Source of the DNA: Amoebophrya sp. A120
Taxonomy: Eukaryota > Protista > Dinoflagellata
Direction: 5' to 3'
Assembly: GCA_905178155.1 (NCBI GenBank)
Contig: CAJINV010000001.1
Location: 15,376,142-15,440,141 of the forward strand
DNA: 64,000 nt
The translations under genes were made by a program, and so were the position numbers. The notes beneath the pieces are model-generated. The model was not told where the DNA came from. It searched no databases and saw only the letters and a program-made list of their open reading frames with translations. Of this stretch, positions 1 to 11,706 are shown piece after piece (positions within the stretch are counted from its first letter, which is position 1; each line of letters starts with the position of its first letter).

Positions 1-1
1 A

Positions 2-3000
2 AAAGAGGACAAGGTGGAAGAAAACAGTCAAGGGAGTAGCCTTCACAAAGCAGTTCTTGGGAGGTGCACCCCGCTGACCGACGCTACGACCAAAGAAGCG
101 TGTCGCAGTGAGCGGGAGGTGTCGATCGGGGCCAGCAGGGATAATCCGGACAACACGAACTTCTACCTGCGCAAGGGCATGACCCGGTGGGTGACGAAGC
201 GGCACTTGAAGTCGGGATACGACCCAGAGAAGGACCCGTGGGAGGCCAAGCTGTGGTGCGGAGACGACGAGTTGGGGCCCGTCTTGGATCCCTCACTCTA
301 CAAAGATATGCGGCACTCGAAGCAGTGGTTCGATCATATCAAGATCGGGTACAGCACTGACTCAGGTAAGGTGGAACTCACTCCGGTTCAGTGCGACCCC
401 GGCGGCTATAGGCTTTTGGGCTGCTACAAGGACAATGAGGATGACCGAATCTTGTTGGGACTGCAGCCGGCTCTCTCCGTGGGCCCGTACTCTCTGCGCG
501 AGTGCGCCTTCATTTGCAAAACCGGGAACGTGCAGCAGCGAGCGTTCGACCTCTTCGGGCTGCAGGACGGCAACCGGTGTTTCTGCGGTGTGCGCGAGGA
601 GCACGACTACACCCGGTTTGGGCCAGTAAGTGGGGAAAACGCGTGCAGCACCGAGTGCATGTACATCGACCCCTACGACCAGTCGGTCGGGAACACCTGT
701 GGTGGCCACCTTCAAATGTCGGTCTATGAGTTTGGGTGGCCGCTGCAGGAGCTGGGGTCGGAGAGCAACGAGTGCCGCGAGCTGACCGACGGCGCGACAA
801 TGGAGCGGTGCGCCTCGCGGCTCTGGGTGGCCTTCGGAAACGCTAACGGAAAGCAGGAAGGGAGCAAACGCGGCACAATCAAGTACGCGCGCAAGGAGAT
901 GAGGCGCACTTTCGTGAAGCGCGAGCTGGGGATGCTCGAGAACGAAGCGGGAGCGGTTCTGTACATGGGCTGCGGCACTGGAACGGGACAAGAAGGAGAA
1001 TTCCACAAAGACGGCCAGCACAACAAAAACGATATCATGAGGGTCCGTATGAACCCGGGAGATAAAGCGGGGGGGTTGAATCCGGCGAATTGGGTGCACT
1101 CGAATGTGTGGTACGACCACGTCATTGTGGACTACAAAACCGGGGGCGGCAAAGTGAACTTCACGCCCCTGCAGTGCGATCCTGGTGGCTACGAATACCT
1201 CGGCTGCTTCCAGGACCAGCGGGAGGATCCAGCAATGGGTGCCGACCATCCCGCCGTCACCAAGCCCCGCAGCGTGCGCGAGTGCGCCCACGACTGCCGG
1301 AAATATCTGCACTTTGCGCTTCGAAACCAGGATGAGTGCATCTGCGGGGGTGGCCTGAAGTCCTCCGCCGCTCCTGCCGCGTCTTCGTCTTTCCTTGACG
1401 AGGCAAGATCAAGAAAGAAGGCCACCATCACACATATGGTGGCAGAGCACGACAACCCAGCATTGGGCCGCGTCAGTCCGGGGCTGAAAAGCGATGACGT
1501 GGAGGATAAGTACGAGGAACCCGACGTTAACCCGCCAAGCTACGCCCGCCACGGGCCGGCCAAGCGGTCGGACTGCAGCAGCCCCTGCCTGGCTTCTGTG
1601 GGCGACGACTATGACCAAAGCGTGGGCAACATGTGCGGAGCCACGGACGGCGACAAAACCGTGACGCGAATCTCGGTGTACAAGTACGGGTGGCCGATGG
1701 CCGGACAGGACGGGTGCCTCAACCTACTGAACGAGACGCAGAAGGAGGGCGGCAGCACGATTTCCGCGGACGAAACCATGGAGCGGTGCCGAGGAGAGTA
1801 TGCCGTGCAGTTCGGCCGCGTGGATTCAGGCGCGGACGAGGAGACGAAAAAGAAAGAAAGGGCCGCGCTCCCCTGGATCCGCAAGGGCATGAAGCGGACG
1901 TTCGTAAAGCGCGAGCTCGGCGGGTTTACCGACGAAGGCTACCTGTTTTGCGGCAACGACGAGCTTCGCATGAAAATGCACCCAGAGATCAAGGGCGCCA
2001 GTGCGGGGGAAGTCGCTGGAGACATGTTCGCGGTGGGCGCCGCGGTGGGCGCCACTGTTGCGTTGGGGCCAGTGCTTGGCGCCGCAATAATGTACGGGCG
2101 GCAGCTATGGAAGTGTCAGGACTGAAATCGTCAGAGTTGAAATAGTTTGCCATGCATAAAATGCAACCCACAGAATGCCTGTCTTGCAGAGTAGGCAAGT
2201 GAGGCAGATTGTAAGCCTCTTGAGGGGTAGAAACTGAGCTGCTAAAGTAGCACGACAAAAGGCGTCTTCCTTACCCAAACAGCATGACAAACTGGATTTC
2301 GGTTCTACCCAAATTTGTCATGCGCCACTTCGAAACTCAAACTGGGCCACAACTTTCATCCATTTTATGCATTACAAGTCTTCAACTTTGTGGATTTCAG
2401 TCCTGACACATCCATAGCAGCCGAATCCAAATGACTGGACCCCGTCGAGGCTGTGGTACGATCACGTGGAGATAAACTACGAAGAGAAAACCGGCGAATT
2501 CCGGACGACACCACTCATGTGCGGCATCGAAGGCTACGAGCTATCTCATGCAAAATCGCCATCACATCAACATCATTGAAGTAAGTACTTAACTCAATAA
2601 TTATTTGCCCTGTGTGTGTACGGAGTACAAAGAAATGCATACAATAAAGCAGCATGACCAGAAGAGTTTCAGTCTGAGTATATATAAGCTTTGCATTGCG
2701 ATTTCGGGGACTTGATTGTGAAGGCGATTTTGGTTAGGATACGAGCTGCTGGGGTGCTACAACTTCTCACCCGGAGATGCCAAGCTGATGGAAACGATGG
2801 CGAGTAGCACGCATCAGAAACCCTTGTTCCGAAAAGTTTCCCCGATGCCAACGCAGCCGCGCTCCCCTCGTGAGTGTTCGCACGACTGCCGGCATTCGGG
2901 ATTCTTCTTTCTTGCAAACGGCGTAGAGTGCTACTGCGTAGACGACGACAGGCTGAAGAGCGAAGCGAACCTGTTGGTTCCCTGCATGCCCTTCCGGGGC

Positions 3001-6000
3001 AAGCAGCTTCCTCCGACGGAATGCTCGCTCGACCACTGCGCGTCGCAGGAGGCTCCCGGCTACGACAGCGCGAAAGGCAACACATGCGGGGGTAAGCCCG
3101 GAAAGAACACCGTGTCGCTCTACCGTCTTGGCTACCCTAAGAGTGAGGCGACAAGCGACATATCGAGATGAAAAATACCCCCTTCATCCCATACTCGTCC
3201 GAAAGAATGTCTGTGACGCTAACAATGTGTATCAATGAATCCACCAATCCCATCGATGCTCTGCCTTTTTGCAAAAGGGGAAGCAGAGTAGACGTATGTC
3301 ATGCTGAAGAACTACACTACTTCCACTTTTACGGCTCCTCACTCAGGCTGGGAATCTGACCACGCTGGTCTGTCTGTGCCTGGTCAGAAAGCGATGCGTG
3401 TTCGCAGAATAACGTCACTAGGCACGACCCTTGTGAGTATGGGCGGGAGAGATTTTTCTTCTTTTTGATACGACGGGTGCGAAAAACTGACAGACGCGCA
3501 TACGATGGAGCGATGCCGTGACCAGTTTGAAATCCGTTTCCAAAAGACCTACGTACGCAAGGGTATGACCCGTGTTCTCGTGAAGCGGCACGCGAACGTG
3601 AACATGCACCAGGAAGGGGAGATGCAATGCGGGGAGGACAAAATGAAGATTCGCATGGTGCCGGGCAGTGACGCGCTAACGTCAAATCCGCTGCGCACCT
3701 CGGAGCATGTGGAAGTGAACTACCTGGCGCAGGGGGGCCAGGTCCACTTCACGCCCCTGAAGTGCGACCAGGGCGTGACCCCGGAGTTTATCGGGTGCTA
3801 CCGCGACTCGTGGAAATATCCCGCCATGGTCGGGCGGCGACCGGTACCCAGGCGCTCGGTGCGCGAGTGCGCGCACGAATGTCGCGACTTCGGGTACTTT
3901 GGCCTGGGACCGGGCGGCCGGTGCTACTGCAGCGCACACCTGACGAACGAGGGTCCCGGGTGGACGGCGGAGCACGAGATTCCGATCGGACAAGCCCCCT
4001 CTAGGTTCGCGGACGAGTCCCTACCAAAACTGAGCGAGCTGAATTTGCAGGACGCTGCGGGTAACCGGCTTTCGGTGGGGGAGATGCTGCATGTGACGGA
4101 CCCTGCTTCCTCACCAGCAGGAACTAGTACTGCTGCCTCTTCCTTCTCGCAAACACCAAGCTCGCAAACAAGTTCGCTCCTCGAAAACAAGCAGTATCGC
4201 CAACAACAAGGCGGATCGGACCCGTTTCATTTAGCACCGGATTCGTCCTCCGAGGGAGACACGACCACGGATGCGACTGGCGCGCTGAACGAACCCGTCG
4301 TAACGGCCACAGCCGGGGAAGACGCGCCGATTCTGGCTGGCGGTCCGGAGGAATACGATTTTGATAAGTACGGCCGCGTGCCAGACCGGTTTTGCACGCA
4401 TCCGGACGCGGTCCGCGCCAACTGCGTGGACAGCTTCGACGGAAGAGCCAACTACAGCTGCGGCAGCAAGGAGGACTACGGGCCGTTACCCATAGACGTG
4501 GATTCGCTCAGCGTGCTCCTCGACCACCAAGAAAGGGTCGAAGAGTTTAACAAAGAGCAGGAGGAGGTGAAGCGGCTCGAAGAGCAGGAGGTGCGGAAGG
4601 CACAGGAAGTTGGCGCGGGGACAGCAGCAACAGGAACAACGCAAGTAGGGCAGACGTCTCCTCAAGTGCTAGAAGAAGGGCACTCGTTTACCCAACTGCG
4701 TGCGCGGGTCGCAGCGAGGAGCAAATTCGCAGCTGCGGAGGGCGACGCAGCAGTAGCCACCGACAAAGTCTTCAAAGGTAGAACGGAGGAGATGATAAAC
4801 AAAAACGTGCTGGATGAGGACGACGCTGCCATTCCCTCTCCTGGAAAGCCAGGTGAAGGTGTTCCGGAGGCCGCAAAGTCCAGCTCTGAAGATGAGGACT
4901 CAACCGCCACGTCGACGACGACCTGCACTTACGACATTTTTGCCGAGGAAAACGAGGACCATCTCCAATACATATCGGTCTACAAGAATGTCCACGGAGC
5001 GCCAGATGCGGACTGCGAGAACCTCGGGCACACCGCAGAGGCCTGCCGCGGCGAAGACCATGTGGACTTCAATTGGCTGGGGCTCCGCAAGGGCGAGCAC
5101 CGGGTGGTGGCCAAGCACACTTTGCGGTTCCTGGAGAAGCAGGGAGGCACGGTCACCTGCCACAACAGAACTGAGGGCTACACGCCGGAGCACGACCCGA
5201 GCTTCATGTTCGTGCGGATTCAGGGAGTAGGCGACTACGAGTGGGTCGGTTTGGACTACAATTGGGACACGAAAAAGGTGAACTTCAACGCCCTCAGCTG
5301 TCCAAAGCGAAAGCTGCCGCCGACATCGCCGCACCTCGATCCGGAGGGGTACCTCGGATGCACCAAACTCGCAGACACGATGGAGCGCTGCCGGGGCGAC
5401 AATAAGATCACCTTTTTCAGCGGCGAGGCGAGCAACTCCCAGTTTCCGGCGGTCACAGTGCGCAAGGGCGACTACAAAATTTTCGCCCGGTGGCGCCTCG
5501 GCGTGCTAGCCGAGAACGGGAGCACCGATATGGTTGGTATTATGAAATGTCAGGGAGAAGAGCTGACGATAAATTTGGATCCGGAGGGAGCCGCCCAGCA
5601 GCCGGCCAGTCCGGCGATGCAGACGTGGTATCACGTCGGAATTGACTACTGGCACGACGGCGGGAGAGTGAATTTCTACGCCCTGCAGTGCGTGAATACG
5701 GTCGATAACACAGGTCCGCCGCCAGAGTTTTCGTACTCGTCTGATGTGGCGCCGTTTGGCGCACCGGCGGACACTGAAAACCAAAACTCCTTCCTCTACA
5801 TCGTGTGCATAATCATCGGCTTCATCGTCCTACTCGCCGGAGTGGGCATGTGGGTCGTCTATTGTCGTCAGAGGAGGAATAGAGACCTGGAAATGGTAGA
5901 TGATGGGGAAGACGGTTGGTACCTGGATCCTCAAGAAAATCACGCTCTTGGGAGCTACAGCTACCACGATAGCAGTTGGGACGAAGTGCCCTTCTTGGAG

Positions 6001-6237
6001 CCCGGGAATAGCTATTATGAAACTTCTACGTACAACCCGTTTCACCAAAGCGACGCCCAAAGAGCTCAACAACAAGCCTTCTATAACGCCTCCTATGGAG
6101 CAGGAGGAGGCACTACTAAAGGCAAAGGGAAAATGACGAACCCAAACTACTACGGTACTGCATCGTATGGCGGCCGTCCAGGAGAGCGCCAAATCCCATC
6201 AGACGATGACACGTTCGACTTCTGCAGTATCATGTGA
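2..6237 (+). CDS. Large type I membrane/surface protein with 4 WSC domains alternating with 6 copies of an unnamed Cys-containing repeat; 5'-truncated; exons ~<2-2105, 2422-2541, 2747-3159, 3475-6237
   Basis: WSC-like motifs (YRLLGCYKD...SLRECAFIC...FGLQDGNRCFCG...C...C...CGG...SVY) occur 4 times. A TM helix FLYIVCIIIGFIVLLAGVGMWVVYC (~5791-5865) is followed by RQRR. ORFs 14..2125, 2788..3171 and 3505..6237 join in frame after three inverted-repeat inserts are removed, restoring the repeat consensus (WYDHVEINY...TPLMCG-IEGYELLGCY; SDGCEKLTDAHTMERC). Confidence 0.85.
2106..2416. mobile_element. TIR element acting as intron (introner) #1; TAT...ATA ends, 5-bp direct repeat GCAGC
   Basis: GCAGC at 2101-2105 and 2417-2421. 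Arms 2104-2129 and 2393-2418 are reverse complements at 25/26 positions, and weaker pairing continues to ~60 nt. Removing 316 nt gives YGRQ|PNPNDW in frame. Confidence 0.9.
2542..2741. mobile_element. TIR introner #2; TAT...ATA ends, 5-bp direct repeat CGAGC
   Basis: CGAGC at 2537-2541 and 2742-2746. CAAAATCGCCATCACATCAA (2551-2570) pairs with TTGATTGTGAAGGCGATTTTG (2712-2732). Removing 205 nt gives GYELLGCY, the start of a WSC domain. A GC-AG reading of the same length (2533-2737) is also possible. Confidence 0.85.
3161..3470. mobile_element. TIR introner #3; TAT...ATA ends, direct repeat CGACA/CGACG
   Basis: CGAC at 3156-3159 and 3471-3474. TATCGAGATGAAAAAT...CCCATACTC pairs with GAGTATGGG...ATTTTTCTTCTTTTTGATA. 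Removing 3160-3474 gives TSD|GCEKLTD. An in-frame TGA at 3466-3468 excludes upstream AG acceptors. Confidence 0.85.
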
Positions 6238-7227
6238 GAAAATTAAGCTTAAGACCACTGATCATGAACGTGAATGAGCATCTCTGGCTCTAAGGGTTTT
6301 AGGATTTAGGGCTTCTCCACAGTTGAGACAAGGAGCGTTCAAAAAAATAGGAATTCGAATGCCATTAGACAAGTCTAAGTCTCAAACGACGGACCGCAGT
6401 ACTAATACAGTACATCAACATGTCGACACAATTGCAAGAAGAATGTTAGCCGCTAGTGCCTTTCACGGTGCTACGCATCAATCCAAAAAGGCGGAAGACA
6501 AATCTCGTGTTCCCACCACTTTTGTAAAGAGAAAGTCATCTGAATCTGATTGTTCATCTTTATTTGCCCAGCGAGCTGCGCCGCTCGATGTGGCGTGATC
6601 GAGGTCGGCCCTCCTTTAGCTCTGGATCATGATGTAGTCGGGCCGCAAATCAAAATTATGGTGGAAGGAGTCCAGGAATTTGTACTCGATCTATGTACCG
6701 CAACACGAGCACGAGCAGCAATCATTCTTATACCACGGATTAAATTCAACTTCAACGAGCGTCAAGCAGGGCCCAGTGCAGGTTTTTTCTTCATGGGGCC
6801 TGGAAGACTTGCGAAGAGTCACTACTAAGCAGTATGGACAGTGTCAAGCATGTAGGTCAGGAAGTACCTTCTTCCTTCTCTGTGCATGATGTCTGTGTAA
6901 GTCTATAATTGCCACCAACAGCAACATCTTTTTCCCTCGTCCCTGTTGCAGCCACTTCCGTGAAAATGATGAACCCCCTTTTACCCTAAGGACACATGTG
7001 GATCCAGTACGTCTTGAATCTAGTTGTTACCTTTGTGTCCCCCGCCCCACATTTTGTCCGCATGCATGGAGCAAACAAACACTTAGACCACGATCCCTTT
7101 CTCATTGAGTATTTACTGTCACACAACGAAGAACAAGAACCCAACCGCAACCCCCAGGCTCAGTGTCTACTTAGCGATGAACGCGGGTAGCAGCGTACCC
7201 GTAGTTCTAGACCCCAGATGATACGAA

Positions 7228-10200
7228 ATGACAGTCGACCAAGAAGTTGAAAGCAACGAGATGGGAGCAGGTCGCAGGGGTCAAGGGGAGGATGCAAGTA
7301 GCTCCATGCACGTCGTGGATCAGGACGACTTTTTTGCGGAGCTGGAAGAAATGATCTTCCAAGAAGACGAAACGGAACCAGAACCGGCAAAAAACCGTGT
7401 CCGGCGAGCATCAGAAGAGGTGCAAGAACCTGAAAGAACCTCCCAAAGACGACAAATGGGCCAGCGCTTCGCCACACCAGGCAACTCTAGTTCGTCCTCA
7501 GCCCGCAGAAGTGCTTACGCAGATTTTCCACCAGGAAAGCTTGTCGAATCGAGTGTGAATAACTGTGCTCCTTCCGCCGGCAAGGGCAAAGCGTCTATGA
7601 GGACTTCATCACCAAAGAGTTCGAAAAGTCTCCATCCGATCGCCCCCTGCCTCGGTTCCGCGACGGGTAACAAAAGACGAAGAGAGCATAACCAGGAACA
7701 CGAGCTATTCTTGCGTCCGGTTCCGGTTGTAGATATGAACACGGCTTCGTCTAGCACACACGAGCCTTTCTGGGCGACGTTCGAAAAACCGACGAAGCGA
7801 CAAAAACGGGCTAGCGACAAGGTATTTTCCCCGAAGTCTGAGTGGTATCTACGAGAAGAACTGAGGTACACGCACAACTCGGGTATGTTGATTTCATCGG
7901 CCGCGGCTGGAACGACGAGATCTGCGGGGGAAGAGGCGACCTACAGCCAGGACGTGAACAAGACCCTGATCCGGGATGGTCTGTTTCACCCATCGTTGCC
8001 AGACCTGGTCGTCGCGCGGATCCTGGACTACGTTCCCTGGCAGAACTTGGTGCTTCGGGTGGCGCTGCTGAACAAGCGGGCGTATGCGCTGGTGTTCACT
8101 ACCGAAGAATTGTGGTACAACGCGTACTATCCTGTGCAAAAGTATCGCACTCGTCCTAATTGCAAATATGCATGACAAATGTTTTTCCCAAGGCAAAACA
8201 GCATTACAAATTCCACTTCCCTTTTTGGCAAAATTTGCAATGCAATTTCTACTAGTACGATAATTTTGCAATGCATACGTACAAGCAGTACTTTTCCCGC
8301 ATGTTCACCCGCCAAGTGATGGAGGGCGATTTCAAGGGCTGGACGCAGCGCGGCGTGCAGCTTTTGTCCCGGCGCGATGGCGTTTTTCCCTGTCTGCCGC
8401 CGCTGCGACAAGGGTACCTGCCGCAGCGGGAGGATCTTTGTAAAAACTCGTCCTGCTGGCTGCCGGATTGTGTGGCCGGCTTGTGGGCAGCCTCTTCGGC
8501 GACATCTTCGGGCACACACAATTTTAATGCGTCGAGTCAGAAGATAGATCGTGCGGTGGATCACCGGTTTCGCACAGTACAGGCGCCGCATCAAGGCCAT
8601 GGTACCTCAGAGACCGACTTGGCACGACGATTTACAAGTGGGAAGCGGGACGGGAAGAATTTGGTCGGTCTTTCATCTACTGCTGCCTCGGCTTCTCCTG
8701 CGAAGGTAGCCACCACGTCGTCAAACAGCCACCAGGAGGAAAAGAGAAACAATGAACCACGACCCGAGCAAAAGAAGAGAACACTGCTACCCTTCTGGTT
8801 TCTCTTCTTTCGCCATCTCTACCTCACCAAGGAAGTGGAGCGCGTGTCCAGCCAGGCCGAGGACTGGAAGGATTTTAGCACACTGATGCGGACGGTCGTC
8901 GCTGCCGAGGAGGGTGAAAATCTCAGAGGAGACCACTCAGTCTCCGGCGCGGCTACGGGAAACAAGCGAGCGCCGCGTACGATCGCAGACCTGCTGGATG
9001 CAGATGCTATCATCGAAGATTTTCAGCAGCAGGTGGTCAAAAACCGCACGAACCGCCTGGTCATGTGCACAAATAATGAAAAAACAGCGAATGGCAATGG
9101 TGCGACTTCTTCAGGGTCACCAGGGAGGACTACAGAGACAGTGACATCCACCGCTCCTGCGGTCAAGGTGGAGCGGGGGCAACTAGAAGTGAAACATGAT
9201 CGCAAAAGAAGCTTAGAGCAGGAGCTACCGGACGAGGGTAAGAGCAAAAAGACAAACTCCATGTCGCCGTCGCCCGCTGGTGCCTCAGTTTTTCCACCCT
9301 TCGGAGACGGTGTGTACGGGCTTTCGCTTCATGCTAAGGGATCTTCTGCACATCAAATTCCGCCAGCTGTATCAGCGGAGCCGACGGTGTCGGTTGTTCA
9401 GCCGAAGGACCTGAACGTCCCGACCTCGAGCAGTAGAGCAGGGCAGCACGCTGTGTCTGCACCCCCACCACCTCTGCATAAGACTCGGGCGAAAGAGGTT
9501 TCGCAGTCCCGCGCGCAGAAGCTGAAACTCCACACATTGCCAGATGAATTTTGGTGTCAGGCGGTGCCATTGGACAACGTCGGCAGGGACGATGAGGGCT
9601 CGGCGCAAGGAAAAACGGTGTCACAAACGACCAAATCTGAGCTAGGCCCGACGAGAGTGGTCACTGTTGACCGTACAACCACGCGTCGTTGGCACGTGTG
9701 GCAGAGCTTGTGGCACGGGCCCTGGCCGCGCACCGACAAACGAAAAACGCGGATCCTGGGGTGCGTGGAGTGCGGGTTTGTGCACCGGTGCCGCGAGAAC
9801 GAGCTGTGCGAGTTCACCGTCGAGGCGGACAGCCACACGCACGTGTGCGCGGTGTCCGGGGAGGTAAAAAGTCGCCGTTTAGTCGCGGAGCGGCCGGCGA
9901 ACAACGAGGACGCGTATTACGTCGACGACGAGTATCAAGTACCGCAGGAAATGTTCCCCAGAATAGCAGCCTACAACCCCAACTCGCAGCGGCACCAGCA
10001 GGAGCAGCAGCGTGGCGAGCAGCTAGGCGCGGGCCTCCGCGAAGATGACGTGCTTGTGGTGGAAGATGAGGAAGAGGAGGAGGCGGTCGAATCTCGCTTG
10101 GACCGAAAGCGCGTCGCTACGAGAACGCACATCCACGCCGGTGGTGTGCGGGAGCACCTGGTTTACTCCACGAGGCACGACAGGAACGACTTGTGCCTTC

Positions 10201-10241
10201 TGGAAGGCGACGACGTGGATGAGGAAATGAATCTGCTGTGA
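7228..10241 (+). CDS. F-box protein with C-terminal Cys/His (Herpes_UL92/SKIP31-like) domain; exons 7228-~8134, ~8272-10241
   Basis: F-box motif SLPDLVVARILDYVPWQNLVLRVALLNKRAYAL...ELW. The C-terminus has CVECGFVHRC...CEF...HVCAVSG. The two ORFs join after removal of a 137-nt inverted-repeat insert (YYPV|HTYKQYF). Confidence 0.75.
8135..8271. mobile_element. Inverted-repeat non-canonical intron #4 (TGCA direct repeat)
   Basis: TGCAAAAGTATCGCACTCGT...AATTGCA pairs with TGCAATT...ACTAGTACGATAATTTTGCA. TGCA occurs at 8135-8138 and 8272-8275. The 3' junction has no AG. Confidence 0.7.
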
Positions 10242-10873
10242 AGCTGAAACTGGCATGAAAAGTTGTGTAGGTCAACTGGGATTTCTTGGCAGTCTTCATA
10301 CATAACGAACGCAAAGGAAAATCAATCTCGTCACTTGCCGACACGACTAAGTCAAGAAAATTCCCAGCAACATCTTGAAGATCGAGGGCATGCCGCCCAG
10401 CGAGCACGCGGCACACGCAGCGCCTCACCTGTTTTTGATACGTGTTCGGAGGAACAATTTTCTGTATCTTACAACTAAAAGATCTCTGTCCCGGAGGACG
10501 AGGTGAAAAATATCACGCTAAAGCTTTGCGGGCACTTGTGCTAGATTCTTTGCGTGTAGTACCTCACGATGCAGTGAATCAACGTGCATGAATTTCCATC
10601 GGAAAAGGACGAAGACTTCAGCTGTGGTTTATCATTATTTCGAGAAAGAAGGTGCAGCTACGGTGTGACCGTGATCGTGAAGTAGTAGATCTTTCTGTTG
10701 AGAATAAAGCAAGCTGAGCAATCTAAGAACCGAAAGGCAAACTCCAGAACGAAAAAATCAAAATGTTGGACGAAAAGAATCTTACGGCGATCATTTTCTC
10801 GAGGCCTGTGCCTGCCTCCTAGGCTCTGCGTGTGCACGAAATTGGTGAACTGAAATCAGGACCCACGACCGTC

Positions 10874-11706
10874 ATGTCCCTGGTCGGAAAGTTGGCTGAG
10901 GCGTTCAGCGTCTTTGCGGGCAGTGCGCGGGCAAATCTTGATGGAGTAGATACGGATGCCGTCATTAGTAGTCGCGATGTGGTGAAGGAGGGATGGCTGA
11001 CGAAGCAATCAAGGAATGTTAAGGAATGGCGAAAAAGATACGTCGTGCTTACGAAAGATTGTACTTACGACTTGTTGATTATCTTTTGCTTGTGGGCATG
11101 CATTTCGTTGTGCTTGTGGTAGCTGCGTAGAAAGTGAGGTGAAATCATTAGAAATTGTTGCGTCTGTGTGGACGTCACGCAAAATTAGTGAGAATTTGCG
11201 TCTGTGTAGGTTGCACGCATGATTGATTCTTCTTTACTCCGAGCACTGCGTTTGCATTTCTCGGAGGTCCGCATTAAGTGGATGAATTCTTGAAACAGGC
11301 CTCGCAACTTTTCGAAACGGACCGCAGCAAGTGTACAAGTGTATCGAGGCAACAGAACTAGTTTTCTTCGGGCACATGATGACAGTGCGAAGCGCTGAGC
11401 AAGACACGGGCATGGATAACAGCTTCTGCATGCAGCGACAAAAGGATGCAAAGTTCTTCTATTTCATCGCCGAAACAGCAACTGAGAAAGAAGGTTGGGT
11501 CGGAGCGATAGGACGACAAATGGTACAAATGACCTGTATTTCTACCGAATCGTTTTTCTTTTTGACTATGTATATCTACTCGCTGGCTGAACCTGGAATA
11601 AACTTTGCCTTCCAACGAACGTGCGCGAGCCGTCTTCAGGAAAACCAAATCACACTTGCTTCAGGTGAGACGGACTGTCATGATAGATGAACAAGACGGG
11701 GACTGA
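10874..11706 (+). CDS. Small PH-domain protein; GT-AG introns 11061-11298 and 11523-11664
   Basis: VVKEGWLTKQSRNVKEWRKRYVVLTKDC|LATF...FYFIAETATEKEGWVGAIGRQM|VRRTVMIDEQDGD*. These are classic PH beta1/beta2 strands and the C-terminal Trp helix. Both introns keep the frame. Confidence 0.9.

Noticed and set aside
2581-2590. GTAAGT donor-like site inside introner #2
   Set aside because: An in-frame TGA at 2577-2579 precedes it, so it cannot give an intact protein.
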